Shown: positions 23,602 to 32,819, numbered from the stretch's first letter. The stretch is 35,268 nucleotides of DNA from an uncultured Dehalococcoidaceae bacterium (GCA_964580635.1 CAZOMF010000003.1:1-35268); one strand, 5' to 3'. Made by a program: numbers and translations. Notes: generated by a model from the sequence alone, not told the origin.

Positions 23602-24864
23602 CTATAGATTGAAGGATTCGTTCCAGTCTAGCATGAGGGCCTTGACGGTCTCGCCCTTGCTCATTTGCAGGTTCTCTTCCGGTATCAGTACCAGCCCGTT
23701 GGCCAGGGCCATCGAGGCCAGGATGCCGGACCCCTGCGGCCCGGTCAGGCGGGCGTAGTACGTCCCGTCGCGCCGTGTGATGACGGCGCGGTCGTAGACG
23801 CGGCGGCCGGCGTTGTTCCTGACGTTCTCTTCCAGCACGGCGTCCACGGTGGGCTTGGCGACGTTCGTCTTGCCCATCATCTTGAGGAGGGCTGGGCGCA
23901 CGAAGAGCTCGAAGCTCACCATGCAGCTCACCGCGTTGCCCGGCAGCCCGAGGTGCGGGATGGACCGTCCGTCCGTCCCCTTGATCTTCCCGAAGGCGAG
24001 CGGCTTGCCCGGCTTTACCCGGACCTTCCAGAAGACCATCTCGCCGTCCCGGTCGAGGATGTCCTTGACCATGTCGTAATCACCCATGGAGACGCCGCCG
24101 GTCGTGATGAGGAGGTCGGCGTCGCGGGCCTGTTCCAGCTTCTCGACGATGGACGCCTCGTTGTCCTGGGCGATGCCGAGCACCTTGGCGAAGCAGCCGG
24201 TGCGCTGCACCAGCGAGGCGATGCTGTAGAGGTTGCTATCGTAGATCTTGCCCTCGGGCAGCGGCTGCCCCAGCTCGACGAGCTCGTCGCCGGTGGAGAG
24301 GATGGCCACCACCGGACGGCGGATAACCTTGACCTCCGCCCGCCCGACCGAAGCGAGCATCCCGATCTCCGAGGGCCGGATGGTCGTACCGGCCTTGAGC
24401 ACCGTTTCGCCTTTGGCCACGCTCTCGCCGGTCCGGCGGACGTTGTCGCCGTCCTTGGCCGGCTGGAGGATGCCTACCTGCGCGCCGGGAGCGCCCTTGT
24501 CCTCGCCCCGCATCTCGTCCGTGTCCTCGAAAGGCACCACGGCGTCCGCGCCGGCCGGGACCGGCGCGCCGGTCATGATGCGGATGGCGGTGCCGGGGGT
24601 GACCGTTTTACGAGAGACCGCGCCCGCCATGACGGTATCGATAACGTCCAGGCGCTTGGGGCTCACGCCGGACGCCCCGAGCGTGTCCCGGTAGCGGACG
24701 GCGTAGCCGTCCATGGCGGAGTTGTCGAGCGGCGGCACGTTGACCATGGACACGATGTCCTCGGCGAGCACCTGTCCCTGCGCTTCCAGCAGCGGGACGG
24801 TCTCGGTCTCGAGCGGCGCGACTTCGTCAAGTATCTTGGCGAGCGCTTCTTCCACGGTAAGCAT
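23602..24864 (-). CDS. moeA: molybdopterin molybdenumtransferase MoeA
   Basis: MLTVEEALAKILD..., PPLDNSAMDGYAV, ITTGGVSMGDYD and LPGNAVS show the typical MoeA/gephyrin E-domain layout. Confidence 0.92.
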   Translation of the reverse strand: MLTVEEALAKILDEVAPLETETVPLLEAQGQVLAEDIVSMVNVPPLDNSAMDGYAVRYRDTLGASGVSPKRLDVIDTVMAGAVSRKTVTPGTAIRIMTGAPVPAGADAVVPFEDTDEMRGEDKGAPGAQVGILQPAKDGDNVRRTGESVAKGETVLKAGTTIRPSEIGMLASVGRAEVKVIRRPVVAILSTGDELVELGQPLPEGKIYDSNLYSIASLVQRTGCFAKVLGIAQDNEASIVEKLEQARDADLLITTGGVSMGDYDMVKDILDRDGEMVFWKVRVKPGKPLAFGKIKGTDGRSIPHLGLPGNAVSCMVSFELFVRPALLKMMGKTNVAKPTVDAVLEENVRNNAGRRVYDRAVITRRDGTYYARLTGPQGSGILASMALANGLVLIPEENLQMSKGETVKALMLDWNESFNL

Positions 24865-24870
24865 GTCTGG

Positions 24871-25536
24871 TCAGTTTCCTCCGGCTATCTCTTTGGCCCG
24901 TTCCAGGTCTTCCGGCGTGTTGACGTTAAAAAAACTGAGATGCCGCGGGTCGAGTTTTTCGACTTCCGCCGCATCTACAAACCGTACCTTCAGATAGGGG
25001 AAGAGCTCGATGATCGCTCTCTGATGCCGGGCGAACAGTGACTCGATGGCGGGGATACAGTTGCGGGAATACACGGCATGGAGCGGCTCGTACAGGTCGT
25101 CGTAGTGGGGCAGTACGAAATCATATCCTTCCGATACCTCGATCAAATAGCGCAGCAGCGTTTCGTTCAGGAACGGCATGTCCGCGGCGAGGACGAGATT
25201 GTAGCGGGTATCGGAGGTGACGAGACCGGTGTAAATCCCCCCCAGGGAACCCTGGCCGGGGATTATATCGGAGACGACGGTGACGTCGGGTTGGTCCGCT
25301 AGCTCGCTGAATTTCCTCTCATTCGCGGTTACTACGATTATCCTTTTACTCAGGGGTTTGACGCGGGATACAACCTGCTCCAGCAGGCTGGTCGGGCCCA
25401 GTTTTTCGACAATCTTGTCGCGCCCGAGGCGGACGCTTTTTCCGCCCGCGAGGATGATGGTGTTAACTTCCAAAACGTCGGCCTTGAAGACACGCGACCA
25501 TGTCCCTCTATATCTAATACTAACACAGGTGGTCAA
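24871..25536 (-). CDS. mobA: molybdenum cofactor guanylyltransferase MobA
   Basis: TIILAGGKSVRLGRDK is the N-terminal LAGG motif, and VLAADMPF is also present. The conserved motif begins about 25 aa after the track start, so an internal TTG at 25473 (MEVNTIILAGG) is a plausible alternative start. Confidence 0.85.
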   Translation of the reverse strand: MTTCVSIRYRGTWSRVFKADVLEVNTIILAGGKSVRLGRDKIVEKLGPTSLLEQVVSRVKPLSKRIIVVTANERKFSELADQPDVTVVSDIIPGQGSLGGIYTGLVTSDTRYNLVLAADMPFLNETLLRYLIEVSEGYDFVLPHYDDLYEPLHAVYSRNCIPAIESLFARHQRAIIELFPYLKVRFVDAAEVEKLDPRHLSFFNVNTPEDLERAKEIAGGN

Positions 25537-25627
25537 TATTCTCTAGGGGGCGGGCACTGAAAATCAAAAAAAATCTGTTGTGATACATTGCCGGGAACTA
25601 CCGGTTAGGGACGGGGTAAAATGCCCC

Positions 25628-26284
25628 TTATTTAAGGCGCGGTGCGCGCCAGTCATTGTTGTCCACAACGAGGTCGGCGTTCTTGGCCGGCGGATAGTCC
25701 GCCAGATAGTACCACGCTGCGGGGAGGTAGCGCGTGGCGTACTTGCGGTAGACCGGTTCCGGGTCCCGCTTCCCGGCCCGCCGCAGGCACTCCGCCTCGC
25801 TGATGTTGAGAAAGATGACATAATCCAGGTGCGGTCGGACCGATTCCAGGAGCAGGAACACGCCTTCCAGAATGACGATGGTGTTGGGTGTGATGGTTAA
25901 CTCGCGCGTACCGGCGGCATCCGTCTGCCAGTCGACGGTCGTCAGCCATACCGTGAACGTCTGCCCTTCCCGGGCAGGGCGGAGCACCTCGTTAACGAGC
26001 CGGGTGAAATCGAAGACCCGGCCTTCCTTCACCCGCTGGTAGTGGTCCTCGTCCCGGTTCGCTCCGGCGTGACGCAACGCCGCCGGCCGGTGGAAATCAT
26101 CGAGGTGGACGGTCATTGCCTGTTGACCGCGTTTTTGGAGGAACTCTTCAAGCCCCGTCGCGAACCGCGTCTTCCCGGAGCAATCGATGCCCGTCACCCC
26201 GACGATGAAGGCCCGCTCCGGTATTTTCCGCCGCCGGACCTCCCCCTCGATCCGCTCGCAAACACCGGTTCGTGCCTCGGTCAT
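25628..26284 (-). CDS. uridine kinase / phosphoribulokinase-family P-loop nucleoside kinase-like protein
   Basis: Starting from ATG 26284 gives MTEARTGV.... The P-loop is IVGVTGIDCSGKT, and ILEGVFLL also occurs. The ATG overlaps the methyltransferase stop as ATGA. The 88-aa extension in the track ORF is Arg/Gly-rich. Confidence 0.65.
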   Translation of the reverse strand: MTEARTGVCERIEGEVRRRKIPERAFIVGVTGIDCSGKTRFATGLEEFLQKRGQQAMTVHLDDFHRPAALRHAGANRDEDHYQRVKEGRVFDFTRLVNEVLRPAREGQTFTVWLTTVDWQTDAAGTRELTITPNTIVILEGVFLLLESVRPHLDYVIFLNISEAECLRRAGKRDPEPVYRKYATRYLPAAWYYLADYPPAKNADLVVDNNDWRAPRLK

Positions 26285-26907
26285 GCCTGCACGCAGATGT
26301 ACCGCAGGATATGCTTGTGCGGGCCCTCCTCGCCGTGGTCCTCCTCGTCCTCGGCCAGTCCGGTGGCCAGCACCCGCACGCCGGGAAAATGGTCCCGGAG
26401 GTCGTGCCCGGTGAAGTAGTGCACCGGCCGGCCCGGTTTGCTCTCGAACGTCCCCGGCTCGACCTCCGCTCCCTTCCCGAAGCTCGCTTCCCGCTCGGAG
26501 AAGACCGTGAAGTAGAGCAGTCCGCCCGGCCTGACGCGCTCCCGGCACTGCCGGAGGAAGGTCAGGCGGTCGTCGTGAAGGAAGAGGTGGAGGATGTTGA
26601 AACCGTAGACGGCGTCGTAGGTTCCGCCCAGGAAGGACAGGTCGAGCGCGGATGCTTGGTAGAATTGGGATGCCGGGTCGAACTCCTGCGCCATCTCGCA
26701 GGCCACGCCGGAAACCTCCACGCCGGTGACGTCCATCTCCTCAGCGGAGAAGAGCCGGGTGTTCCGGCCGTAGCCCGCCCCCGGCACGAGGACGCTCCTC
26801 ACGCCGTGGCGGCTGAACAGCTCGAGGGCCTGCTCGGCCGTGCGGCTGGGAGCGTCGCCCCAGATCCGCCCCTCGGACCTGAAGCGCGCGTCCCAGTACT
26901 CGTTCAC
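26281..26907 (-). CDS. class I SAM-dependent methyltransferase
   Basis: Motif I is VLVPGAGYGRN. There is a post-I acidic residue and a motif II-like DAVYGFNILH. Confidence 0.8.
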   Translation of the reverse strand: MNEYWDARFRSEGRIWGDAPSRTAEQALELFSRHGVRSVLVPGAGYGRNTRLFSAEEMDVTGVEVSGVACEMAQEFDPASQFYQASALDLSFLGGTYDAVYGFNILHLFLHDDRLTFLRQCRERVRPGGLLYFTVFSEREASFGKGAEVEPGTFESKPGRPVHYFTGHDLRDHFPGVRVLATGLAEDEEDHGEEGPHKHILRYICVQA

Positions 26908-26920
26908 GTGGCGCCTCCCT

Positions 26921-27562
26921 CTACAGCGAGGGCTTGAGGACCATGATCTGCGGACCGGCCGGCAGAGTGGGCACGGTGAATTCCACCTCGCTGCCGTCCA
27001 CCATGGTTACGTTGTCCTTCGTTTTCAGGAACTCGTCCACCGGTGCGATGGGCAGCTCGCTCTTGTCCGTCTTGTAGTGCATCGGGATGATGACCCGGGC
27101 GCGGACCTGCTCGGCTACTTCCGTGGCCGCCGCGGCGTCGATGGTAAAGAACCCGCCTACCGGCACCAGCAGGACGTGCACCTTGTGGATCTCGGTCACC
27201 TGGTTGTCCGTCAGGAAGTGCCCCAGGTCACCCAGGTGCACGATGCGTACCCCGTTCACCACCATGCACATCACTGTGTTTGTGCCGCGCTCGCCGCCGC
27301 CCTTATCGTCGTGGGCCGTCGGCACCGCCTTGAAGGTGATGCCCTTGACCGTCCCGGATTCCCGGACGATCTGCGGGTCGCCCTTGATGCCACCGGTATT
27401 GTTGTGGTCGAAGTGGTCGTGGCTCACCGTCACGATGTCCGCTGCCTCATCGATGGGCGCGTACTTGAATTCCTTCCCGGCCGTGTAGGGGTCGGTGATT
27501 ATCCTCGTGCCGTCGTCGGCGGTGATGAGGAACGACGAGTGGGCCAGGTATTTGATCTTCAT
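26921..27562 (-). CDS. MBL-fold metal-dependent hydrolase (UPF0173-like)
   Basis: MKIKYLAHSSFLI..., VSHDHFDHNN (HxHxDH) and HLGDLGH are present. Confidence 0.85.
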   Translation of the reverse strand: MKIKYLAHSSFLITADDGTRIITDPYTAGKEFKYAPIDEAADIVTVSHDHFDHNNTGGIKGDPQIVRESGTVKGITFKAVPTAHDDKGGGERGTNTVMCMVVNGVRIVHLGDLGHFLTDNQVTEIHKVHVLLVPVGGFFTIDAAAATEVAEQVRARVIIPMHYKTDKSELPIAPVDEFLKTKDNVTMVDGSEVEFTVPTLPAGPQIMVLKPSL

Positions 27563-27592
27563 GCAGGGTGCCTCCTCGTGGAAAGTGTCACC

Positions 27593-29083
27593 CTATTTTG
27601 CCATAGTCTGGAGCAGTTTTACCAGCGTCCGCACCGGTACGCCCGTCGCCCCTTTCACCAGGCGGCCCTTTTCTTTATCGGTGCTGCTCGTCCCGGCAAT
27701 GTCCAGGTGCACCCACGGCTTCCGCCCCACGAAGTTCTCCAGGAATTTGGCCGCCGTGATGGCGCCCGCGTAACGGTCTCCCGTGTTCTTGACGTCGGCA
27801 ATTTTGCTCTTCATCACTTCACCGTACTCCGGGTACATCGGCATCTCCCAGGTGTACTCGCCGACCGCCTTGCTCGCCGAGAGCACGCTGTTGACGAAGG
27901 CCTGGTTGTTGCTGAACGCCCCGGTGGTGATCATCCCCAGCGCCACCTGGCAGGCGCCCGTCAGTGTGGCTACGTCCACGATCCTCCGGGCATTGAGCTT
28001 GACGGCGTAGCTGAGCGCGTCAGCCAGGATGAGCCGGCCCTCGGCGTCCGTATTGAGGATTTCCATCGTCTTGCCGTTCATGGCGGTGATGATATCGCCC
28101 GGTTTCAGGGCGCTGCCGCTCGGCAGGTTCTCGGTGGCCGGGGCCAGCGCGGTGACGTTGACGGCCAGCTTGAGCCGCGCCGCGGCGATGACCGTCGCCA
28201 GCACGCTGGCCGCGCCGGCCATGTCGCCCTTCATGTCGTCCATGTTGGCGGACGGCTTCAGGGAGATGCCCCCGGCGTCGAAGGTGATACCCTTGCCGAC
28301 CAAGGCGAGGTCGATGGCGTCCGAGCTCCGCCCCTTGTAGCTCAGGATGATGAACTTCGGCGGCTGGGCGCTCCCCTGTGAGACACCGATGAGCCCGCCC
28401 ATGCCGAGCTCGGCTATCTTGTCCCGGTCGAGTACCTCGACGGTCAGGCCGTTGCTCTGCGCGCGTACGACCGCCTGCTCGGCCAGCCGGGTAGGCGTCA
28501 TGTGATTGCCCGGCTCGTTGACGAGGTCCCGAGCCCAGTTGACCGCCTCGGCCACGACGAGCGCCTTGTCGATGGCGTCCGTCATCTTACGGCGGTTCTT
28601 GCCGAGCAGCAGCACCTGCTTTATCTCCCCGAAGTCCGGCGATGGCTTGGTGATATACTCTCGAAAGGTGTAAAGTCCGAGCGCTATTCCCTCGGTGATC
28701 GCCTGCGTCGCTTCGATCACCGTGGTTTCCTTGATATCGGTCGGTATGGAGATTGTCGGGCGGGAAATGCCCCTCCCGCGCAGCGTCCGCAGCGCCGTGG
28801 CGAAGGCGTCTCCCGCCTTGTCCGCGGTGACGTTCCGGTGCTTCCCGAGACCGACGACGACGACCCGCTCCGCCGGAATGCGCCCCAGGGTGTAAACGAC
28901 CGTCGCTTCCCCGGACTTGCCCTTGATGTCGCCGTCCTTGACGAGTTGGGTGATGGCCCCGTCCAGCGCGCCGTCGAGGACGGCCGCCTCGGCGGTGAGG
29001 TCGGTGTTGCCCTCGTAGTGGCTGACGAGGAGGGCTTCCGTCTTGAAACGGTTGAGTTTTCCGGTGGCGGCTTTGATTTGCAT
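27593..29083 (-). CDS. pepA: leucyl aminopeptidase (M17)
   Basis: The M17 signature NTDAEGRLILADAL is present, with VGKGITFDAGG and GAMAG-like MKGDMAGAA. The start is placed at ATG 29083 (MQIKAATG), which has AAGGAG 6 nt upstream. The track start at 29191 adds 36 residues upstream of that SD. Confidence 0.9.
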   Translation of the reverse strand: MQIKAATGKLNRFKTEALLVSHYEGNTDLTAEAAVLDGALDGAITQLVKDGDIKGKSGEATVVYTLGRIPAERVVVVGLGKHRNVTADKAGDAFATALRTLRGRGISRPTISIPTDIKETTVIEATQAITEGIALGLYTFREYITKPSPDFGEIKQVLLLGKNRRKMTDAIDKALVVAEAVNWARDLVNEPGNHMTPTRLAEQAVVRAQSNGLTVEVLDRDKIAELGMGGLIGVSQGSAQPPKFIILSYKGRSSDAIDLALVGKGITFDAGGISLKPSANMDDMKGDMAGAASVLATVIAAARLKLAVNVTALAPATENLPSGSALKPGDIITAMNGKTMEILNTDAEGRLILADALSYAVKLNARRIVDVATLTGACQVALGMITTGAFSNNQAFVNSVLSASKAVGEYTWEMPMYPEYGEVMKSKIADVKNTGDRYAGAITAAKFLENFVGRKPWVHLDIAGTSSTDKEKGRLVKGATGVPVRTLVKLLQTMAK

Positions 29084-29346
29084 AACTACTCCTTTTTCGT
29101 CCGGACGGCCCGATTTAAAATCGTATCGCCGGGCTGCCATCTGGCGAATATGATTGCCGGACAGGTTGCGACCTTCTGATTCCGGCTCCACTGATTATAT
29201 TCGAAAATTCTGGATATTTCTAGACCGGATATGAAAAAATCAGCTTTGCGGGCGTAAATGACGGATGAAAATTTTATGTTTTTCAGGAAATATTTCAGAA
29301 TAACATCATATATGATGTTATTTCTGGATTTTTAATGAATGACGGT

Positions 29347-30204
29347 TCAGTCGCCGGTATAGTAGGAGATGCCGAGCGTCCCGGTGCCGGTCGCGTACCC
29401 CATCAGCGGGGAGAATTCCGTCACCCACAGGTCCGGCGCATTGAACTCCGCGGCAATGCGTCGGCGCAGCGCTTCGGCGTCGTCCGGGGCGTAGGCGTGG
29501 GCGACCGCGACGTGGACCGGTCCGTCCCCGGCTTCCGTCCGGAGCTGGCGCAGGATGCGCTCGATGCCCTTCTGCTTGGACCGTACGATACCGAGGAACT
29601 TCACGCTCTGTCGCACCGTCAGCAGCGGTTTGATGTTGAGTGCCGCCCCTATCTGCGAGGCTATCTTCGGGATGCGGCCGGTGCGGTACACGTGCTTGAG
29701 CGTATCGAGGAACATGATGAGCCTCACTCGCTCCCGCAGGTCTCGCGCCGCCGCCATCACCTCCTCGAACGGTTTTCCCGCCGCCGCGGCCCGCGCCGCC
29801 GCCAGCGCCACCATCCCTTCCGAGGAGGTCGCCTGCCAGGAGTCTATCACCTCCACCCTCGTGCCCGGCAGCTCCGTAGCGGCTAGCTCACGGGCCAGCA
29901 GCGCCGCCTCGTACATCATGCTCAGCTTCGTCGAGATGGTGACGCAGAGTACGTTCGGGGCATGCCCGGCCGCGCTGCGGAAGGCTTCCAGGAACTCCTC
30001 CGGCGAGGCCGCCGAGGTCTTGAAAGAGTCCGGGTCCTGCAGGAAGAGCTGGTACGCGTCGGTCGGTGTGATGTCCACCCAGTCCCGCCACAGCTTGCCG
30101 CCGGCCAGGAAATTCACGGGGACGATGGTGATGCCGTACTGCTCGACGAGGTCACGGGGCAGGCAACCGACGCTGTCGGTGACGATGGCCGCGGTCGGGT
30201 CGAT
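29347..30204 (-). CDS. DegV-family fatty-acid-binding protein
   Basis: The DegV fold is recognisable across the track ORF. The same frame is open upstream of the track GTG (30117) and encodes the hallmark DegV N-terminus AIVTDSVGCLPRDLVEQYGITIVPV. The only SD-preceded start in that frame is ATC 30204-30202, with AGGAGG at 30216-30211 (see finding). The resulting 285 aa matches the usual DegV length. Confidence 0.8.
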   Translation of the reverse strand: MDPTAAIVTDSVGCLPRDLVEQYGITIVPVNFLAGGKLWRDWVDITPTDAYQLFLQDPDSFKTSAASPEEFLEAFRSAAGHAPNVLCVTISTKLSMMYEAALLARELAATELPGTRVEVIDSWQATSSEGMVALAAARAAAAGKPFEEVMAAARDLRERVRLIMFLDTLKHVYRTGRIPKIASQIGAALNIKPLLTVRQSVKFLGIVRSKQKGIERILRQLRTEAGDGPVHVAVAHAYAPDDAEALRRRIAAEFNAPDLWVTEFSPLMGYATGTGTLGISYYTGD

Positions 30205-30226
30205 GACGGGCCTCCTGTTCGCCGGT

Positions 30227-31174
30227 TCAGATATCGCGGCGTGACTTCATGAAGTTCGGGTCTTTCCACAGCGACCGGCCGCCGCGGCGTATGATCCGGT
30301 CCGTAAGCGGTGGTACCAGGAAGATGCCCCACATGACCAGCATGAGCCCGATGAACACCGTCGTCCGCACGCCGCCGGCGGAGTAGTACCCGACCAGCGA
30401 GAGCGTGCCGAGACCGGACGTGACGAGCAGCGCCACCCGCAGCCCGCGCTGCCGGATGCGCACGAACGCCCCGATGGTCAGCGCCAGCATCAGGAAGCTC
30501 GCCCCTATCCACGGGGCCAGCAGGTTCACCCGCTCCACCGTCTGTGGGGTCAGGTGGAAGTCCGGCATCACGGCCATGAGCCACCCCGCGATGACCGGCA
30601 GCTGCACCAGCGAGAGCGAGACGAGTATCCAGTCCCGCCGGGTCGTCTCGACCACCACCCGGAACAGCCACCATAGCGCCAGCGAGAAGTAGACCACGAT
30701 GCCGATGAGCGACCACATTCTCGGCAGGTAGAGCAGCAGTATTCCTGCCGCCACCACCGGTACCAGCATGTAGCCGAACCAGGTAAACGCCCAGCGCGGC
30801 CGGCCGTGCATCCAGCCGTAGGTGGCCGTCGCCAGCGTCAGCAGCAGCACCACGGACATCCAGCCCGCGTGCTGGTACCAGCTGAGTGCGAAAACGAGCG
30901 CGAAGATGAAGTGGGGCAGTGAGGCGAGCAGCACCTGCCGCCAGGTACCCTGGCTGTGGGCCTCGTAGATCTGTTTGGCGATGAGCGTGGGACCGCCCAT
31001 CTGCCCGAGACAGGTCCGTACCGCCTCCTCTTCCGAGAGGCCGGCGCTTTCGAGCTCATCCAGCGTGTCCGCGATGTGCGCCTCGAGCTCGCTCATTACC
31101 CCGGGCTCGGTGTCCCGCTCGAGCCTGGCCCGCTGGCGTATCGTTTCCAGGTACTGCGTCAGTTCCGACGTCAT
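30227..31174 (-). CDS. PadR-associated polytopic membrane protein (permease-prefix / DUF1700-like N-terminus)
   Basis: The N-terminal soluble helix is MTSELTQYLETIRQR...ELEAHIADTLDELESAGLSEEEAV...LG.P..IAKQ, typical of sensors encoded next to PadR regulators. About 6-7 TM segments follow. Confidence 0.6.
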   Translation of the reverse strand: MTSELTQYLETIRQRARLERDTEPGVMSELEAHIADTLDELESAGLSEEEAVRTCLGQMGGPTLIAKQIYEAHSQGTWRQVLLASLPHFIFALVFALSWYQHAGWMSVVLLLTLATATYGWMHGRPRWAFTWFGYMLVPVVAAGILLLYLPRMWSLIGIVVYFSLALWWLFRVVVETTRRDWILVSLSLVQLPVIAGWLMAVMPDFHLTPQTVERVNLLAPWIGASFLMLALTIGAFVRIRQRGLRVALLVTSGLGTLSLVGYYSAGGVRTTVFIGLMLVMWGIFLVPPLTDRIIRRGGRSLWKDPNFMKSRRDI

Positions 31175-31193
31175 TGCCCTGTCTCCGTCGGGC

Positions 31194-31538
31194 TCAGGCG
31201 GGGCCCGGCTGGAGGATCATTTTTACCGCGGTGAGGAAGTCCGCCCATTGCATCCGCTCCTGTGCGAGCTTTTTCACGCCCTTCTGGGTCAGGTGGTAGT
31301 ACCGCCGCTGCCGTCCGTTCGGCAGCCGCTCCCATGACCCGGCGATGAGCCCGGAGGTCTCCAGGCGATGGAGGGCCGGGTAGAGCGTACCTTCCTTGAA
31401 GCGGAAATAGCCCTGGCTGCGGGAATCCAGTTCCTTGACGATCTGGTAGCCGTACATCGGCTGTCGCTCCAGGAGGCAGAGGAGCAGGCTGTTGGAACTG
31501 CCTTTGAGGAGCTCGTGTTTCGGCGCCATGACGCTCAC
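31194..31538 (-). CDS. PadR-family transcriptional regulator
   Basis: LLLCLLERQPMYGYQIVKELDSRSQGYFRFKEGTLYPALHRLETSGLI is the canonical PadR winged-helix segment. Confidence 0.9.
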   Translation of the reverse strand: MSVMAPKHELLKGSSNSLLLCLLERQPMYGYQIVKELDSRSQGYFRFKEGTLYPALHRLETSGLIAGSWERLPNGRQRRYYHLTQKGVKKLAQERMQWADFLTAVKMILQPGPA

Positions 31539-31624
31539 CTCCTGCCGGTCTCTACCTCGAAGGTTGAGGCCTGACCCAATACTAGCAATAAACCCCTCTC
31601 ATTGCAAGGGTGCCCGGTCTCAAC

Positions 31625-31653
31625 TTGAGTCGTTAAAACCGACATGTTATAGT
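31625..31653 (+). promoter_or_regulatory. candidate promoter for tRNA-Leu (TTGAGT-N17-TATAGT)
   Basis: The -35 TTGAGT lies at 31625-31630 and the -10 TATAGT at 31648-31653, with a 17-nt spacer. The tRNA 5' end is at 31667. Confidence 0.4.
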
Positions 31654-31666
31654 ACGGTCGAACCGG

Positions 31667-31751
31667 GGGGAAGTGCCGGAACTGGCAGACGGGCCAGACT
31701 TAGGATCTGGTGCAGCGATGCGTGGGGGTTCGAGTCCCCCCTTCCCCACCA
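31667..31751 (+). tRNA. tRNA-Leu(UAG): tRNA-Leu (anticodon UAG), long variable arm, CCA encoded
   Basis: It is 85 nt. The acceptor is GGGGAAG/CTTCCCC, the anticodon stem CCAGA/TCTGG with loop CTTAGGA, the variable arm TGCAGCGATGCGT, and the T arm GGGGG-TTCGAGT-CCCCC. Confidence 0.9.
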
Positions 31752-31819
31752 GAGTTTTAATTTCCTATGCCGGTCTCTAATAGTGGGTATATTAAATATA
31801 ACGATACGGAGGCTAAAAA

Positions 31820-32242
31820 ATGGCTGAAACGAAATACGGGAAGCATGTCATCAGAGATGCATTTAAAAAACACCATCAGCTGGAGTGTGTCTCGGCACAC
31901 GGCGATGAGATTGATGCCGACTGCATTATTACGCACCAGGTTATCTATAAGCCGGAACTAATGTTGAAAGAATCCCATTTCCACGACGACTTTCAACAAC
32001 TACTTTGTTTTCTCGGCACCAACCCGATGGACTGCCGGGATTTCGGCGGGGCGGAAATAGAGATATGCCTGGGTGAGGAACAAGAAAAGCATATCATCAA
32101 TTCTCCCACCATCGTTTCTCTTAAAAAAGGGTTGCCCCACGGACCACTGAATTTTAAAAGTATCCCCAGGCCGATTATCTTTCTGGAAATAATGCTGACA
32201 CGTCGATATCACGTGACGCAGCTGAAAGATAAAGATAAGTAG
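31820..32242 (+). CDS. hypothetical cupin-like protein, paralog 1
   Basis: It is 140 aa and starts MAETKYGKHVI. The SHFHDD...E.EICLGEE..H......V..KKGLPHGPL pattern resembles a cupin barrel. GGAGG lies 9 nt upstream. Confidence 0.6.
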   Translation: MAETKYGKHVIRDAFKKHHQLECVSAHGDEIDADCIITHQVIYKPELMLKESHFHDDFQQLLCFLGTNPMDCRDFGGAEIEICLGEEQEKHIINSPTIVSLKKGLPHGPLNFKSIPRPIIFLEIMLTRRYHVTQLKDKDK

Positions 32243-32336
32243 GCCTTTTAGTGACACGGGATTAACGAAACGTACCGGTCTGCTGCCAACGCAATGCGAT
32301 ATCGGGCGATTTTTATATCAAGGAGGACAGGGGCAA

Positions 32337-32771
32337 ATGACTGAAACGAAATATGGCAAATATATCATAACGGAACCGAAGTTACCCCAAACACCGTCTC
32401 CGCCAGCAACGGGAGAGCGCAGCGGACAGATTGTAATACTCTCGGATGGAGAGGTTATCGAGGGGGCTTTTTATCTGAACTGCGCCCTGATATGGAAAGC
32501 CTCGGAGAGGGGCAGCCCGGGTGGTAGCCACACCCATGACTGGGACGAGTACATCGGCTTTGTCGGCAGCGACCCCGCCGACCCGCACGCTTTAAACGGG
32601 GAGGTCGAGATATACCTGGGAGATGAAAAGCATGTCCTTACCCGGAGCTGTGCTGTCTTCATTCCGAAAGGGCTTTTACACTGCCCCATCATCTTCAGGA
32701 AGGTTGATAAGCCCATTTTCTATTTCAGCACTGGCCCTAAACACGTCTACGATAAAGAGCAGAAATCATAA
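32337..32771 (+). CDS. hypothetical cupin-like protein, paralog 2
   Basis: It is 144 aa and starts MTETKYGKYII. The SHTHDWDE...EVEIYLGDEKH......VFIPKGLLHCPI region aligns with paralog 1. AAGGAGG lies upstream. Confidence 0.6.
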   Translation: MTETKYGKYIITEPKLPQTPSPPATGERSGQIVILSDGEVIEGAFYLNCALIWKASERGSPGGSHTHDWDEYIGFVGSDPADPHALNGEVEIYLGDEKHVLTRSCAVFIPKGLLHCPIIFRKVDKPIFYFSTGPKHVYDKEQKS

Positions 32772-32819
32772 TGCCTAAATAATGATCATTTACACTGAAT
32801 AAACTGCATAGAGGAGGTA

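Noticed and set aside
31752-32336. An integrase, transposase or att repeat marking a genomic island at tRNA-Leu.
   Set aside because: No recombinase-like ORF and no repeat of the tRNA 3' end is visible within the window. Only the compositional shift is reported, as a hypothesis.
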